Positions 17,939-27,025 are shown, numbered from the stretch's first letter. The stretch is DNA of 42,000 nucleotides from Candidatus Methylomirabilia bacterium (GCA_041496385.1 JBGQEL010000032.1:1-42000), one strand, 5' to 3'. The notes: a model not told the origin generated them from the letters alone. A program made the numbers and translations.

Positions 17939-19381
17939 TCAGTACTCGCCGAGGCAGCGGTCGACCATCGCCTTGCCCGTCTGCCAGTCGTAGGACGTGA
18001 ACATCCGCCGGTTCACGATCGGCTGCGACGCCGAGTAGAACATCTCGTACTGGAGCTGGCGGCCGCCGAACTCGGTGCCGACGAAGTCCCAGACGAGCTT
18101 CACGAGCTTGATCCGCTCGCGCGCACCGGCGACGGCCGACCCGTAGTAGCGCTCCGTGTCGGCGCGCGTCTCCGCGCTGGTGAACGCCGCCTCGGACGAC
18201 GGCACGTTCTGGAAGGCCCCGCCCGCCAGCTCGCGGAGCGTCCGCATCATGTCGACGATCAAGCGCCGCTGAAGACCCATGCCGGCGTAGACGTACTGCG
18301 GGTGAGGCCGCGCCACGCCCTCCGAGATCAGCGGAGAGCGCTCGGCCGCCCGGACGAGGGCGTCGAAGGCGGCGCAGAGCGCGGCGATCTCCCCTCCGAG
18401 CGTCGCCTGGACGGCCGGATCGCCGTCCGCGGTCTGGACCTCGGCGAGCCGCAGTGCCAGGCCGGCCATGAACTCGAGCTTCACGCCGAAGCGGACCAGC
18501 GACTGGAAGTTCGCCGTCGTGTGCGACGGCGAGTCGTGGAACTGGGCGTTGACGAGGTCCACGTTCCGGTGGATGAAGACCTGCTCCCAGGGCACGAGCA
18601 CGTCGTCGAACACGACCGTCACGTCCAGCTCGTCGAAGCGCGACGAGAGCGGGTAGTCGAAGACGCTCGTCGCGCCGGTCGCGTAGGGCCGGCGCGGGTA
18701 GAGCTTGAGCCCGTCGGCGTTCATGGGCATCACGAGCGAGATCGCGTAGTCCTCGTCGCCGGGCGACAGCGGCGTGATGTAGGAGACGAAGAGCCAGTCG
18801 GCCATCGCGGCGGAGGTGGCGATGGCGTGGGCGCCCCGGACGACCACGCCGGCGTCGGTCTCGCGGACGATGCCCGGGTGGAGGAAGGGCTCGGAATGCC
18901 GGTGCGCGGGCTTCGAGCGGTCCACCTGCGGCGGGACGATCGCGTAGGCGCAGTAGAGGTCGGCGTCGCGTGCGCGCTCGTAGAACCGCACCACGTTGTC
19001 GCCGAAGCGGGCGCCGCCGCGGTCGAAGAGCTGCCGCCAGGACGCGAACGCGGTGAGCACGCTGGCGACGTGGTCGGGCGTGCGTCCCATGAGGCCGAAC
19101 GAGGGCTCGGCCCAGAAGCGGTGCACGGTGCGCCGCGCGCCCAGATCCGCCGCCGAGCGCGGGACGAGCCACATGTTGGAGTGACGCGCGCCCGTCGTCC
19201 CATCGGCGAATGTCAGCGCGGGGTCGCCCGCCGCCGCCGCCGCGCGGTCGTAGATCGTGGCGATGCGGCGGATCGGCTCGGCGAACGCGGGGTGGGTCGT
19301 CACGTCCTTGACGCGCTCGCCGTCGAGGTACACGGCGCGACCGTCGCGCAGCGCGGCGACGTATGCGGATCCCGTGCGCAC
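17939..19381 (-). CDS. 4-hydroxyphenylacetate 3-monooxygenase-like oxygenase component (HpaB family)
   Basis: MRTGSAYVAALRDGRAVYLDGE, HPAF, GLMGRTPD, AIVPPQVDR, YPLSSRFDE, GGRQLQYEMF. Confidence 0.92.
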   Translation of the reverse strand: MRTGSAYVAALRDGRAVYLDGERVKDVTTHPAFAEPIRRIATIYDRAAAAAGDPALTFADGTTGARHSNMWLVPRSAADLGARRTVHRFWAEPSFGLMGRTPDHVASVLTAFASWRQLFDRGGARFGDNVVRFYERARDADLYCAYAIVPPQVDRSKPAHRHSEPFLHPGIVRETDAGVVVRGAHAIATSAAMADWLFVSYITPLSPGDEDYAISLVMPMNADGLKLYPRRPYATGATSVFDYPLSSRFDELDVTVVFDDVLVPWEQVFIHRNVDLVNAQFHDSPSHTTANFQSLVRFGVKLEFMAGLALRLAEVQTADGDPAVQATLGGEIAALCAAFDALVRAAERSPLISEGVARPHPQYVYAGMGLQRRLIVDMMRTLRELAGGAFQNVPSSEAAFTSAETRADTERYYGSAVAGARERIKLVKLVWDFVGTEFGGRQLQYEMFYSASQPIVNRRMFTSYDWQTGKAMVDRCLGEY

Positions 19382-19459
19382 GCGGCAACCTTGCCACAGC
19401 GCGCGCGCAATGACAAACCCCGCTTGACCCGCGAGACGCGTTCGCTCATCATCGCGCGC

Positions 19460-19992
19460 ATGGAGGGGTCCTCATCGCGCTCAGCCGTCCGCCGCTCGTC
19501 GTCGTCCTGATCGCCGTCCTCGCGATCGCCCTCGGCGAGACCGGCGGCGCCGTCATGTCCCAGGCGAAGGTGCCCGTGGAGCGCTGGGCCGCCGCGCGCG
19601 TCGCCGCGAACGCGCCGGCACACGGCCTCTCGGGCTCGGCGGAGTACGACGACGAGGTCCGCGACCGGGCGATCTTCAGCGCCGAGGCGGGGCTCTCCTT
19701 CTTTCACACGCACGCCGAAGGCCTCGGCCTCATCCTCTTCTTTGCGAGCACCGTCGTCGCGAGCGCGGTGCCGTGGCGGCGCGCGCGCGGCGCCCTCTAC
19801 GCGCTCCTCGGGCTGGGCGCGCTCTTCCCGCTCGGCTATCTCGCGTACGGGCTCGCGGTGCTCGAGGCCGGGCGCGAGGCCGGCACCGAGCTCGCCGAGA
19901 CCTGGATCCTGACGCCGCTGGGCGGCGCCGCCATGCTCGGCCTGGTCGGACTCGCGCTGATGCTCGCCGTGCGGCGCCGGGGCGCGCGCTGA
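19460..19992 (+). CDS. Uncharacterised 4-TM membrane protein, HxHAEG paralog 1 (5' end frameshifted or non-canonical start)
   Basis: ORF 19555-19992 contains FFHTHAEGLGL and FPLGYL. The same frame upstream of 19555 reads SRPPLVVVLIAVLAIALGETGGA, aligning with paralog 2. ATG 19460 is 1 nt out of frame. Confidence 0.7.
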
Positions 19993-20561
19993 CGAGGCCA
20001 CCCTCGGTCCGGACCGCCGACCACGCCGACCCCGCGACGACACCCTCCTGGCGGCTGCCACCGCTCTGGGTCTGCCTCGTCGCCGTGGTCCTGATCGTCT
20101 GCGCCGAGGTCGGCGGCGCCTCGATGGTGCGCTTCAGGGTGGAGCTCACGCGCTGGGCGCGGGGCGCGATGCTCGCGCGGCCCGCGGTCCACGGGCTCGT
20201 CGGCGTGCGCGACGTGGACGAGCGGATCCTCGACGAGGCCCTCGTGAAGTTCGACGCCGGGCTCCGCCTCTTCCACCTCCACGCCGAGGGCATGGGCCTG
20301 GTGATCCTGGCGACCACCACCGTGGCGGCGACGCTGGCCCGCGGGCCGCGCGCACGGCGGGTCATCATCTTTCTTCTCACGGCGGGCGGAGCGGGCTATC
20401 CTCTCGGCTACCTGCTGTGGAGCGGCCTCATTCCGTATCGGGGGCTGGAGGAGGGCAAGGCGGTCGCGGAATGGCTCGTCTGGATCCCGTTCGGCGGCGC
20501 GACGATCGTCGCTCTCTGGTGGCTCGCCGGGCTCGTCGCCCTGAGGCTGGCCCGCCGATGA
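19989..20561 (+). CDS. Uncharacterised 4-TM membrane protein, HxHAEG paralog 2
   Basis: RLPPLWVCLVAVVLIVCAEVGGASM, PAVHGLVG, LFHLHAEGMGL, YPLGYL. The start is uncertain (CTG overlapping the upstream TGA). Confidence 0.72.
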   Translation: MTRPPSVRTADHADPATTPSWRLPPLWVCLVAVVLIVCAEVGGASMVRFRVELTRWARGAMLARPAVHGLVGVRDVDERILDEALVKFDAGLRLFHLHAEGMGLVILATTTVAATLARGPRARRVIIFLLTAGGAGYPLGYLLWSGLIPYRGLEEGKAVAEWLVWIPFGGATIVALWWLAGLVALRLARR

Positions 20562-21178
20562 GACTGCCCGCGCTCGCCGTCCTCCTGCTCCTAGTAGCGC
20601 CGGCGCCCGCCGTCGCGCACCACGTCGGGACCTACACGCCCCGAGACAACGACCTCACGACGAACTTCAAGCAGGTCAAGTTCTCGGTCCAGGCGAAGAA
20701 GTTCGACGTCGCGCTCCGCCTCTTCGAGCAGGGCACGCTCCGCGCGGCGATGCGCGAGGGGGCCGCGACGCTCCCGGCCGGGCTCGAGGCGGGCACCCGC
20801 GCGGCCCTCCAGGCCGGCGACGGGGCCGAGGTCGAGCGCCGGCTGATGATCTTCTTCGCGGCGCTCGCGCGCGACCTGGCGCTCGAGGCCGACCGGCAGC
20901 TCGCCGACCCGCGGCTCACGTCGGAGGCCCGCGCGGCGGCCGGCCTGCGATTCCTCGAGGCGATCTGGCGCTACTACAATCTCATCGACTTCGCCGTCGC
21001 CACGCGCGACGACAAGTCCTCCGTGGCCATGCGCCTCGCGTTCGACGAGGCGGAGGGCTACGCGAAGCAAGCGGCAACTCCGGAGGGGGCCAGGCTGCGC
21101 GAGACGCTCCAGCGGATCGCGCGGATCCTGTCACACCTCATCGACGTGTCGTCAACATCGGCAAGGAGGGATTCATGA
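20558..21178 (+). CDS. Secreted hypothetical helical protein with mature N-terminal His-His
   Basis: ATGA overlap with the upstream gene. Signal peptide MRLPALAVLLLLVAPAPAVA followed by HHVGTY. Confidence 0.8.
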   Translation: MRLPALAVLLLLVAPAPAVAHHVGTYTPRDNDLTTNFKQVKFSVQAKKFDVALRLFEQGTLRAAMREGAATLPAGLEAGTRAALQAGDGAEVERRLMIFFAALARDLALEADRQLADPRLTSEARAAAGLRFLEAIWRYYNLIDFAVATRDDKSSVAMRLAFDEAEGYAKQAATPEGARLRETLQRIARILSHLIDVSSTSARRDS

Positions 21179-22392
21179 AGCGAGTCAGCTGGTCCGCTCT
21201 GTTCGTGCTGATCGCCGCCGGCGTCGTGTGGCTCGCGGCGCCCGCGGTGTCGCAGCCGAAGGTCGTCAAGATCGGCGACCTCGGCTCCAAGGTCGGCGTC
21301 TTCGAGGGCTACGGGAAATACCAGACCTGGGGCATCCAGATGGCGGTCGACGAGCTCAACGCCAAGGGCGGCGTCCTCGGCCACAAGATCGAGATCGTGT
21401 CGGAGGACGACGAGACCAAGCCGGCGCCGGCCGTCCGGAAGGCCGAGAAACTCATCCTCCAGGACGAGGTGAAGCTCCTCGTCGGGGCCGTGTCGTCCGG
21501 CGCGACCCTGGCCGTGATGGACGTGACCAAGAAGCACAAGACGATTCACTGGAACTCGGTCTCGTGCGCGGAGTTCATGCGGACGACGAAGTTCCACAAG
21601 TACTACTTCTCGAACCAGCCCGATTCGCGGCAGCAGGCGAACGGCCTCGCCAAGTACATCCTCGACTCGATGGGCAAGAAGGTCTACATCTTCTACACCG
21701 ACTACGCGATGGGCCAGTCGGACGGCCGCCAGTTCAAGACGGCGTTCGAGAAGCTCGGCGGCGAGGTGGTGGGCGTCGCCGGGGCGCCGCTGGACACGAA
21801 GGACTTCAGCCCGTGGTTCGGCGCGATCAACGCCTCGGGCCCCGACGTGCTGTTCCTCGCCTTCGCCGGCACCGACTCGCTGCGCCTGATGACGCAGCTC
21901 CACTCGTTCGGCATGACGAAGAAGTACAGACTGGCGGGAATCGACTGCTTCCTGCTCCAGCAGGATCTGGCCTCCATCGCCGAGCCGATGGAAGGGTTCG
22001 TGCAGCTCAACCACTTCTCGGCCTACAACCCGGACCCGAACATGCAGGCCTTCAACCAGAAGTTCAGGAAGAAGTACGGCGTGGACGCCAACATCGCGGC
22101 GGGCGCCTACGACGCGGTGCTGTTCTGGGCCGCGGCGGTCGAGAAGGCGAAGACCTTCGACCCGGACAAGGTCTCCGAGGCGCACGAGGGCATGTGCGTG
22201 GACGGCACGCACATCGGCCGTCAGTGCATCCGCAAGGAGGACCACCAGGTCGTGATGGACATGCACCTCTACCAGGTGAAGGGCGGCAAGAACCTGCCGA
22301 TCGCCCGGATCGACGGCCGAGACACGATCGGCGAAGCGATGGTGGGCAGGGACCCGGTCGCCGGGTTCACCTGGGACATCAAGAAGAAATAG
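21175..22392 (+). CDS. ABC transporter substrate-binding protein (Leu/Ile/Val-binding fold)
   Basis: RBS AAGGAGG, signal peptide, VKIG, ELNAKGGVLG, EDDETKP, GAVSSG, DYAMG. Confidence 0.93.
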   Translation: MKRVSWSALFVLIAAGVVWLAAPAVSQPKVVKIGDLGSKVGVFEGYGKYQTWGIQMAVDELNAKGGVLGHKIEIVSEDDETKPAPAVRKAEKLILQDEVKLLVGAVSSGATLAVMDVTKKHKTIHWNSVSCAEFMRTTKFHKYYFSNQPDSRQQANGLAKYILDSMGKKVYIFYTDYAMGQSDGRQFKTAFEKLGGEVVGVAGAPLDTKDFSPWFGAINASGPDVLFLAFAGTDSLRLMTQLHSFGMTKKYRLAGIDCFLLQQDLASIAEPMEGFVQLNHFSAYNPDPNMQAFNQKFRKKYGVDANIAAGAYDAVLFWAAAVEKAKTFDPDKVSEAHEGMCVDGTHIGRQCIRKEDHQVVMDMHLYQVKGGKNLPIARIDGRDTIGEAMVGRDPVAGFTWDIKKK

Positions 22393-22404
22393 CTCCCGCG
22401 CGAC

Positions 22405-23283
22405 GTGGACTATCTCGTCGCGGTCCTGCTCCCGCAGCTTCTGCACGGCCTCGTCTTCGGGGCCGCGCTGGGGCTGCTGGCGCTGGGCCTGACCGTGATC
22501 TTCGGGCTCCTGGGCGTGATGAACTTCGCGCACGGCGAGCTCTACATGCTCGGCGCGTACGCCGGGATCGCGGTCATCGGATGGACGCACTCGTTCTGGC
22601 TGGCGCTCGTCGCGGCCCCCCTGATCGTCGGCCTCATCGGCGCGATCACGGAGACCGCGACGCTGCGCCCCCTCTACCGGCGCGAGCCGCTCTACGGCCT
22701 CATCCTCACCTTCGGCCTCGCGCTCGTCTTCCGCGAGGGCATCCGGCAGATCTTCGGCGGCGACATGCGGCGCATCCTGCCGCCCTTCACCGGCTCGACG
22801 CCGATCCTCGGCATGACCTACCCCGACTACCGTCTGTTTCTTCTCGCCGCCTCCTCGACGCTCCTGCTCGCGATCTGGCTCTTCTTCACCAAGACGCGCG
22901 CCGGCATCATCGTCCGCGCCGCCGTGGAGGACGCCGAGATGCTCGACGGCCTCGGCGTGGACGTGCGGCGGGTCTTCACCCTCACGTTCGCGGGCTCGGC
23001 CGCCCTCGCCGCGCTCGCCGGGCTCCTCCTGGCGCCCGTCTTCACGGTCTACCCGACCATGGGCGTCGAGATGATCCTCCTCGCATTCATCGTCGTGATC
23101 CTGGGCGGCATGGGCTCGATGGGCGGCTCGGTCGTCGCGGCGCTGGTCATCGGCCTCGCGCAGTCCGTGCTGTCGCTCTGGATGAATCCGCAGCGGGTCG
23201 CGATCGCGATCTTCGGCATCATGATCGTCGTCCTGATCGTCCGGCCGCGCGGCTTCTTCGGCCGGGAGGGCGTCCTTGAGTAG
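22405..23283 (+). CDS. livH: Branched-chain amino acid-type ABC permease
   Basis: ALGLTVIFGLLGVMNFAHGE, TRAGIIVRA, VILGGMGS, RPRGFFG. Confidence 0.92.
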   Translation: MDYLVAVLLPQLLHGLVFGAALGLLALGLTVIFGLLGVMNFAHGELYMLGAYAGIAVIGWTHSFWLALVAAPLIVGLIGAITETATLRPLYRREPLYGLILTFGLALVFREGIRQIFGGDMRRILPPFTGSTPILGMTYPDYRLFLLAASSTLLLAIWLFFTKTRAGIIVRAAVEDAEMLDGLGVDVRRVFTLTFAGSAALAALAGLLLAPVFTVYPTMGVEMILLAFIVVILGGMGSMGGSVVAALVIGLAQSVLSLWMNPQRVAIAIFGIMIVVLIVRPRGFFGREGVLE

Positions 23284-24226
23284 GCTCCCGACCTGGCGCG
23301 CGCTCTTTGTGTTCGCCGCGCTGGCCGCGCTCCCCGCGCTTCCCTTCATGTCGAAGTACTACCTGCTGCTCGCCTTCGACGCGCTCCTCTTCGGCGTCAT
23401 CGCGATGAGCCTCGACCTCCTCATGGGCTACACCGGGCTCGTCTCGTTCGGCCACGCCGCCTTCTACGGCCTCGGCGCCTACGCGAGCGCGATCCTCATG
23501 GAGCGCGGCATCCTCTCGCTCTGGGCGTGCCTCGGCTTCGCGATCCTCGTCGTCGGCGCCTACGCGCTCGTCGTGAGCTACTTCGCCACCGCGCGCCGCG
23601 GGATCTACTTCGCGCTCCTCACGCTCATCTTCGCCGAGGTCGTCTACACCTTCTTCCGCTACACCCAGACCTTCGGGGGCTCGGACGGCATCCAGGGCCT
23701 CCCCGACGCCCAGCTCTGGCCCGGCGTCGCCATCGACACGCCGGCGCGGAAGTACTACATGATGCTCGCCTACCTCGCCGCGGCCTACGCGGTGTGTCGC
23801 GTGCTGGTGACCTCGCACTTCGGGCGCGTCCTCGTCGCGATCCGCGAGAACGAGGACCGCGCGCGCTTCCTCGGCTACGGCGTCCAGCGCTACAAGATGG
23901 CCGTCTGCATGGTCTCCGCGATCCTCACGGGCCTGGCCGGCGCGATCTACCCGATCCGCTCCGCCTTCGCGACGCCGGACCTCATGGTGTGGACCGAGTC
24001 GGGTGAGTTCATCATCTCGGTGATGATCGGCGGCCTCGGGACGCTGGTCGGGCCGGTCCTGGGCGGCGTCTTCTTCACGCTCCTGCGGGACAAGGTCTCC
24101 TCGTTCGTCGACTGGTACTTCATCGTGATCGGGGTGGTGCTGATCGTGATCGTGCTGTTCATGCCCAAGGGCCTGCTCGGCTTCCGCCGGCTGCTCGGCT
24201 TCAAGCAGTGGCGCGCGACGGAATAG
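23276..24226 (+). CDS. livM: Branched-chain amino acid-type ABC permease
   Basis: GYTGLVSFGHAAFYGLGAY, GIYFALLTL, AIRENEDRA, IGGLGTLVGP. Confidence 0.92.
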   Translation: MSRLPTWRALFVFAALAALPALPFMSKYYLLLAFDALLFGVIAMSLDLLMGYTGLVSFGHAAFYGLGAYASAILMERGILSLWACLGFAILVVGAYALVVSYFATARRGIYFALLTLIFAEVVYTFFRYTQTFGGSDGIQGLPDAQLWPGVAIDTPARKYYMMLAYLAAAYAVCRVLVTSHFGRVLVAIRENEDRARFLGYGVQRYKMAVCMVSAILTGLAGAIYPIRSAFATPDLMVWTESGEFIISVMIGGLGTLVGPVLGGVFFTLLRDKVSSFVDWYFIVIGVVLIVIVLFMPKGLLGFRRLLGFKQWRATE

Positions 24227-24975
24227 TGCTCGAGGTCGACACGGTCTCGAAGACCTTCGGCGCGCTCGCCGCGCTCACGCGCGTGAGCTTCGACGTGCGC
24301 GAGGGCGAGGTCTTCTCGGTGATCGGTCCCAACGGCGCCGGCAAGTCGACGCTCTTCAACGTCGTCTCCGGGCTGCACGTGCCGACCAGCGGCCGCGTCG
24401 CCTTCCGTGGCCGTGAGATCGCGGGCCTGGCGCCCGAGGCGATCAACCGGCTGGGGATCGCGAAGACGTTCCAGATCACCAACGTCTTCCCGGAGATCTC
24501 GGTCGGCGAGAACGTCCGCGTCGCGGCCCAGTCGCGCGCCGCCGAGTCGGGGCGGCTCGCGTCCCTCTGGCGCCGGCCCGATGTGGAGGCGCGCGTGGAC
24601 GAGCTGCTCGACGCCTTCGGGCTCGCGGGCCGGCGGGAGGAGCTGGCCGAGAACCTCTCGCACGGCGAGCAGCGCTATCTCGAGGTCTGCCTGGCGCTGG
24701 CGACCGGCCCGACGCTCCTCCTGCTCGACGAGCCGACCGCGGGGATGACGCCGGGCGAGACCAAGGACGCGACCCAGCTCATCCGGACGATCGCACGGGC
24801 ACGCGGCCTCACGCTCCTCCTGATCGAGCACGACATGTCGGTCGTCATGGGCATCTCCGACCGGATCGCCGTGCTCCACTTCGGCGAGAAGATCGCCGAG
24901 GGCACGCCCGAGGCGATCCGCAGCGATCCCAAGGTGATCGACGCCTACCTGGGCGGCGCCGAAGACGAGGGCTGA
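24208..24975 (+). CDS. livG: ABC transporter ATP-binding protein
   Basis: GPNGAGKST, LSHGEQR, LLLDEPTAG, EHDM, AYLG. Start at 24208 or 24226. Confidence 0.93.
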   Translation: MARDGIVLEVDTVSKTFGALAALTRVSFDVREGEVFSVIGPNGAGKSTLFNVVSGLHVPTSGRVAFRGREIAGLAPEAINRLGIAKTFQITNVFPEISVGENVRVAAQSRAAESGRLASLWRRPDVEARVDELLDAFGLAGRREELAENLSHGEQRYLEVCLALATGPTLLLLDEPTAGMTPGETKDATQLIRTIARARGLTLLLIEHDMSVVMGISDRIAVLHFGEKIAEGTPEAIRSDPKVIDAYLGGAEDEG

Positions 24976-25682
24976 TGTTCAGGATGCGGGACGTCCACGC
25001 GGGCTACGGCGCCACGCCGATCCTCTTCGGCGTGTCGCTCGAGGTGCGCGCGGGCGAGGCGGTGGCGCTTCTGGGCAAGAACGGCATGGGCAAGACGACG
25101 CTCATGAAGACGGCGATCGGCTTCCTCAAGCCCTCGCGGGGCACGATCGAGTTCGAGGGCCGCGACCTCACGCGCCTGGCGCCCCACGACATCGCGCGCC
25201 TCGGCATCGGGCTCGTTCCGGAGAACCGGCGGATCTTCCCCGGCCTCACCGTGATGGAGAACCTGGCCCTCGGTCTCTCCGCGGCGACGGACCGCTCGGC
25301 CGCGGTCCGGCAGCGGCGGCTCGACGACGTGTTCCAGCATTTCCCGCGCCTGCGCGAGCGCCTCGACCAGCCAGGCAAGACGCTCTCCGGCGGCGAGCAG
25401 CAGATGCTCGCGATCGCCCGCGTCATGATGGCGGGCGCGCGGCTCATCCTCATGGACGAGCCGACGCAGGGCCTCGCCCCGGCGTTCATCCGGCACATTC
25501 GCGACATGATCGTGGAACTCAAGCGGCTCGGCGTCACGGTGCTCCTCGTCGAGCAGAACGCGCGGGTCGCGCTCAGCGTCTGCGACCGCGGCTACATCAT
25601 GGAGAAGGGGCTCATCGTGTTCGAGGCCTCCTCCAGGGACCTTCGCGCGAGCCCGGTGACGCGTGAAAAACTGGGCGTCTAG
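24975..25682 (+). CDS. livF: ABC transporter ATP-binding protein
   Basis: GKNGMGKTT, VPENRRIF, LSGGEQQMLAI, DEPTQGLAP, VEQN. Confidence 0.93.
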   Translation: MFRMRDVHAGYGATPILFGVSLEVRAGEAVALLGKNGMGKTTLMKTAIGFLKPSRGTIEFEGRDLTRLAPHDIARLGIGLVPENRRIFPGLTVMENLALGLSAATDRSAAVRQRRLDDVFQHFPRLRERLDQPGKTLSGGEQQMLAIARVMMAGARLILMDEPTQGLAPAFIRHIRDMIVELKRLGVTVLLVEQNARVALSVCDRGYIMEKGLIVFEASSRDLRASPVTREKLGV

Positions 25683-26304
25683 CCTCGCCGGCGCCTCGCC
25701 CCGCGACACGCTCCTGCGCGCGGGCCTGGCCGTCGTCCTGGTCGGCGCGCTCGTCTGGTTCCTGCCCGTCCGGCGGCCGGGCGAGGACACCGGGCACCAC
25801 GCCGGGCAGGCGGCGTCCGCGCTCGACCCGTTCGAGAAGGCGGGGGTCACCGAGTTCAACGAAGGCCAGCGCGCTCCGGCGCTCGCGCTCCGGACGCTCC
25901 CGGGATCCCGCGCGGCGCTGCACGACTTCCGGGAACGGCTCGTCGTCCTGAACTTCTGGGCGACGTGGTGCCAGCCCTGCACCCTCGAGATGCCGACGCT
26001 CGAGGCGCTCGCACAGGAGTACCGGGACCGCGGGCTCGTCGTGCTCGGCGTCTCCGTGGACCGCGGCGCGCCGCTCGGGGTGATCAGCCCGTACGTGAAG
26101 AACATGCGGCTGACGTTCCCGATCCTGCTCGACCCCGACATGGCGGCCGCCACCGCGTGGCGGGTGACGGCGCTGCCCGCCACCTTCCTCGTCCGGCCGG
26201 GGGGCGAGGTCGCCGGCGTAGCGGTCGGCGCGCGCGAGTGGAACAGTGACGAGATGAAGGCCCTGATCGAGCGGCTCCTCCCCGGCGCACACGCGACGCA
26301 CTAG
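25663..26304 (+). CDS. Membrane-anchored TlpA/ResA-like thiol-disulfide oxidoreductase
   Basis: N-terminal TM, VVLNFWATWCQPCTLEMP, FPILLD, LPATF, GAREW. Confidence 0.9.
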   Translation: MKNWASSLAGASPRDTLLRAGLAVVLVGALVWFLPVRRPGEDTGHHAGQAASALDPFEKAGVTEFNEGQRAPALALRTLPGSRAALHDFRERLVVLNFWATWCQPCTLEMPTLEALAQEYRDRGLVVLGVSVDRGAPLGVISPYVKNMRLTFPILLDPDMAAATAWRVTALPATFLVRPGGEVAGVAVGAREWNSDEMKALIERLLPGAHATH

Positions 26305-26477
26305 TGGCGACGGGGCCGTGGGGGTGGGTGGGGCAGGGGTCACCGGACCACGCGGCACGCGTGCGCTCACCGGTTGCGGCTGGGCTCCATCCGGGCGCAG
26401 CGCCTCCGCCGCCGCGCGGCGGGAACGAGTCCGGTTGACCCCTGCCCCATCCGCCCCCGCGGCCCAACGGTCGCTAG
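26301..26477. mobile_element. MITE-like element with ~48-nt imperfect terminal inverted repeats and CTAG at both ends
   Basis: Left end CTAGTGGCGACGGGGCCGTGGGGGTGGGTGGGGCAGGGGTCACCGGAC. Right end reverse-complemented CTAGCGACCGTTGGGCCGCGGGGGCGGATGGGGCAGGGGTCAACCGGAC. Confidence 0.7.
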
Positions 26478-27025
26478 AGCAGCTTCTCCATGATAGTGAC
26501 GTCGACCCACTTCCTGTCGAGGAGGCCCTGCTCTCGGTAGGTGCCGACCGTCCGGAAGCCGACGCGCTCGTAGAGCGCGATGCCCGCCGCGTTGAAGGGG
26601 AATGCGGCGAGGACGATCTTGTGGTAGTCGAGCACCCGCGCGCGTGCCACGAGAGCGTCGAGCACGACCCGCCCGACGCCCCGCCCGCGCCAGCCTCGCT
26701 CGACGTACACCGAGAGATCGGCCACGTGATCGTAGGCCGGCCGCGGGTTGAAGCGGTTCAGGCTCTCCGAGGCGACTGTTGTAGCGGGGGCCGCGAGATC
26801 GGCTTCGACCGTGGGCGGCGTGCCATGGGCGGCGCGTGGCTCCGTCACGTCCGCCACCAGCACCGGATGCCGGGCGCTCCTGGCGGCGAGCCACTGGTAC
26901 CGCTCCGCCGGCGTCCGGAGCTCGGTCTCGAGCGTCGCGACGCGGTCCTCGATGCCCTGGTTGTAGATCGCGCAGATCGCCCCGGCGTCGGCCGCCGTCG
27001 CGTCGCGGATGCTGATGTCCTCCAT
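26474..27025 (-). CDS. GNAT N-acetyltransferase, phosphinothricin/arsinothricin (ArsN1-like) type
   Basis: RBS GGAGG, ATG 27025. IYNQGIEDRVATLE, AYDHVADLSVYVER, RGRGVG, HKIVLAAFPFN, WVDV. Carries a ~20-aa low-complexity insert after HPVLVAD. Confidence 0.85.
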   Translation of the reverse strand: MEDISIRDATAADAGAICAIYNQGIEDRVATLETELRTPAERYQWLAARSARHPVLVADVTEPRAAHGTPPTVEADLAAPATTVASESLNRFNPRPAYDHVADLSVYVERGWRGRGVGRVVLDALVARARVLDYHKIVLAAFPFNAAGIALYERVGFRTVGTYREQGLLDRKWVDVTIMEKLL

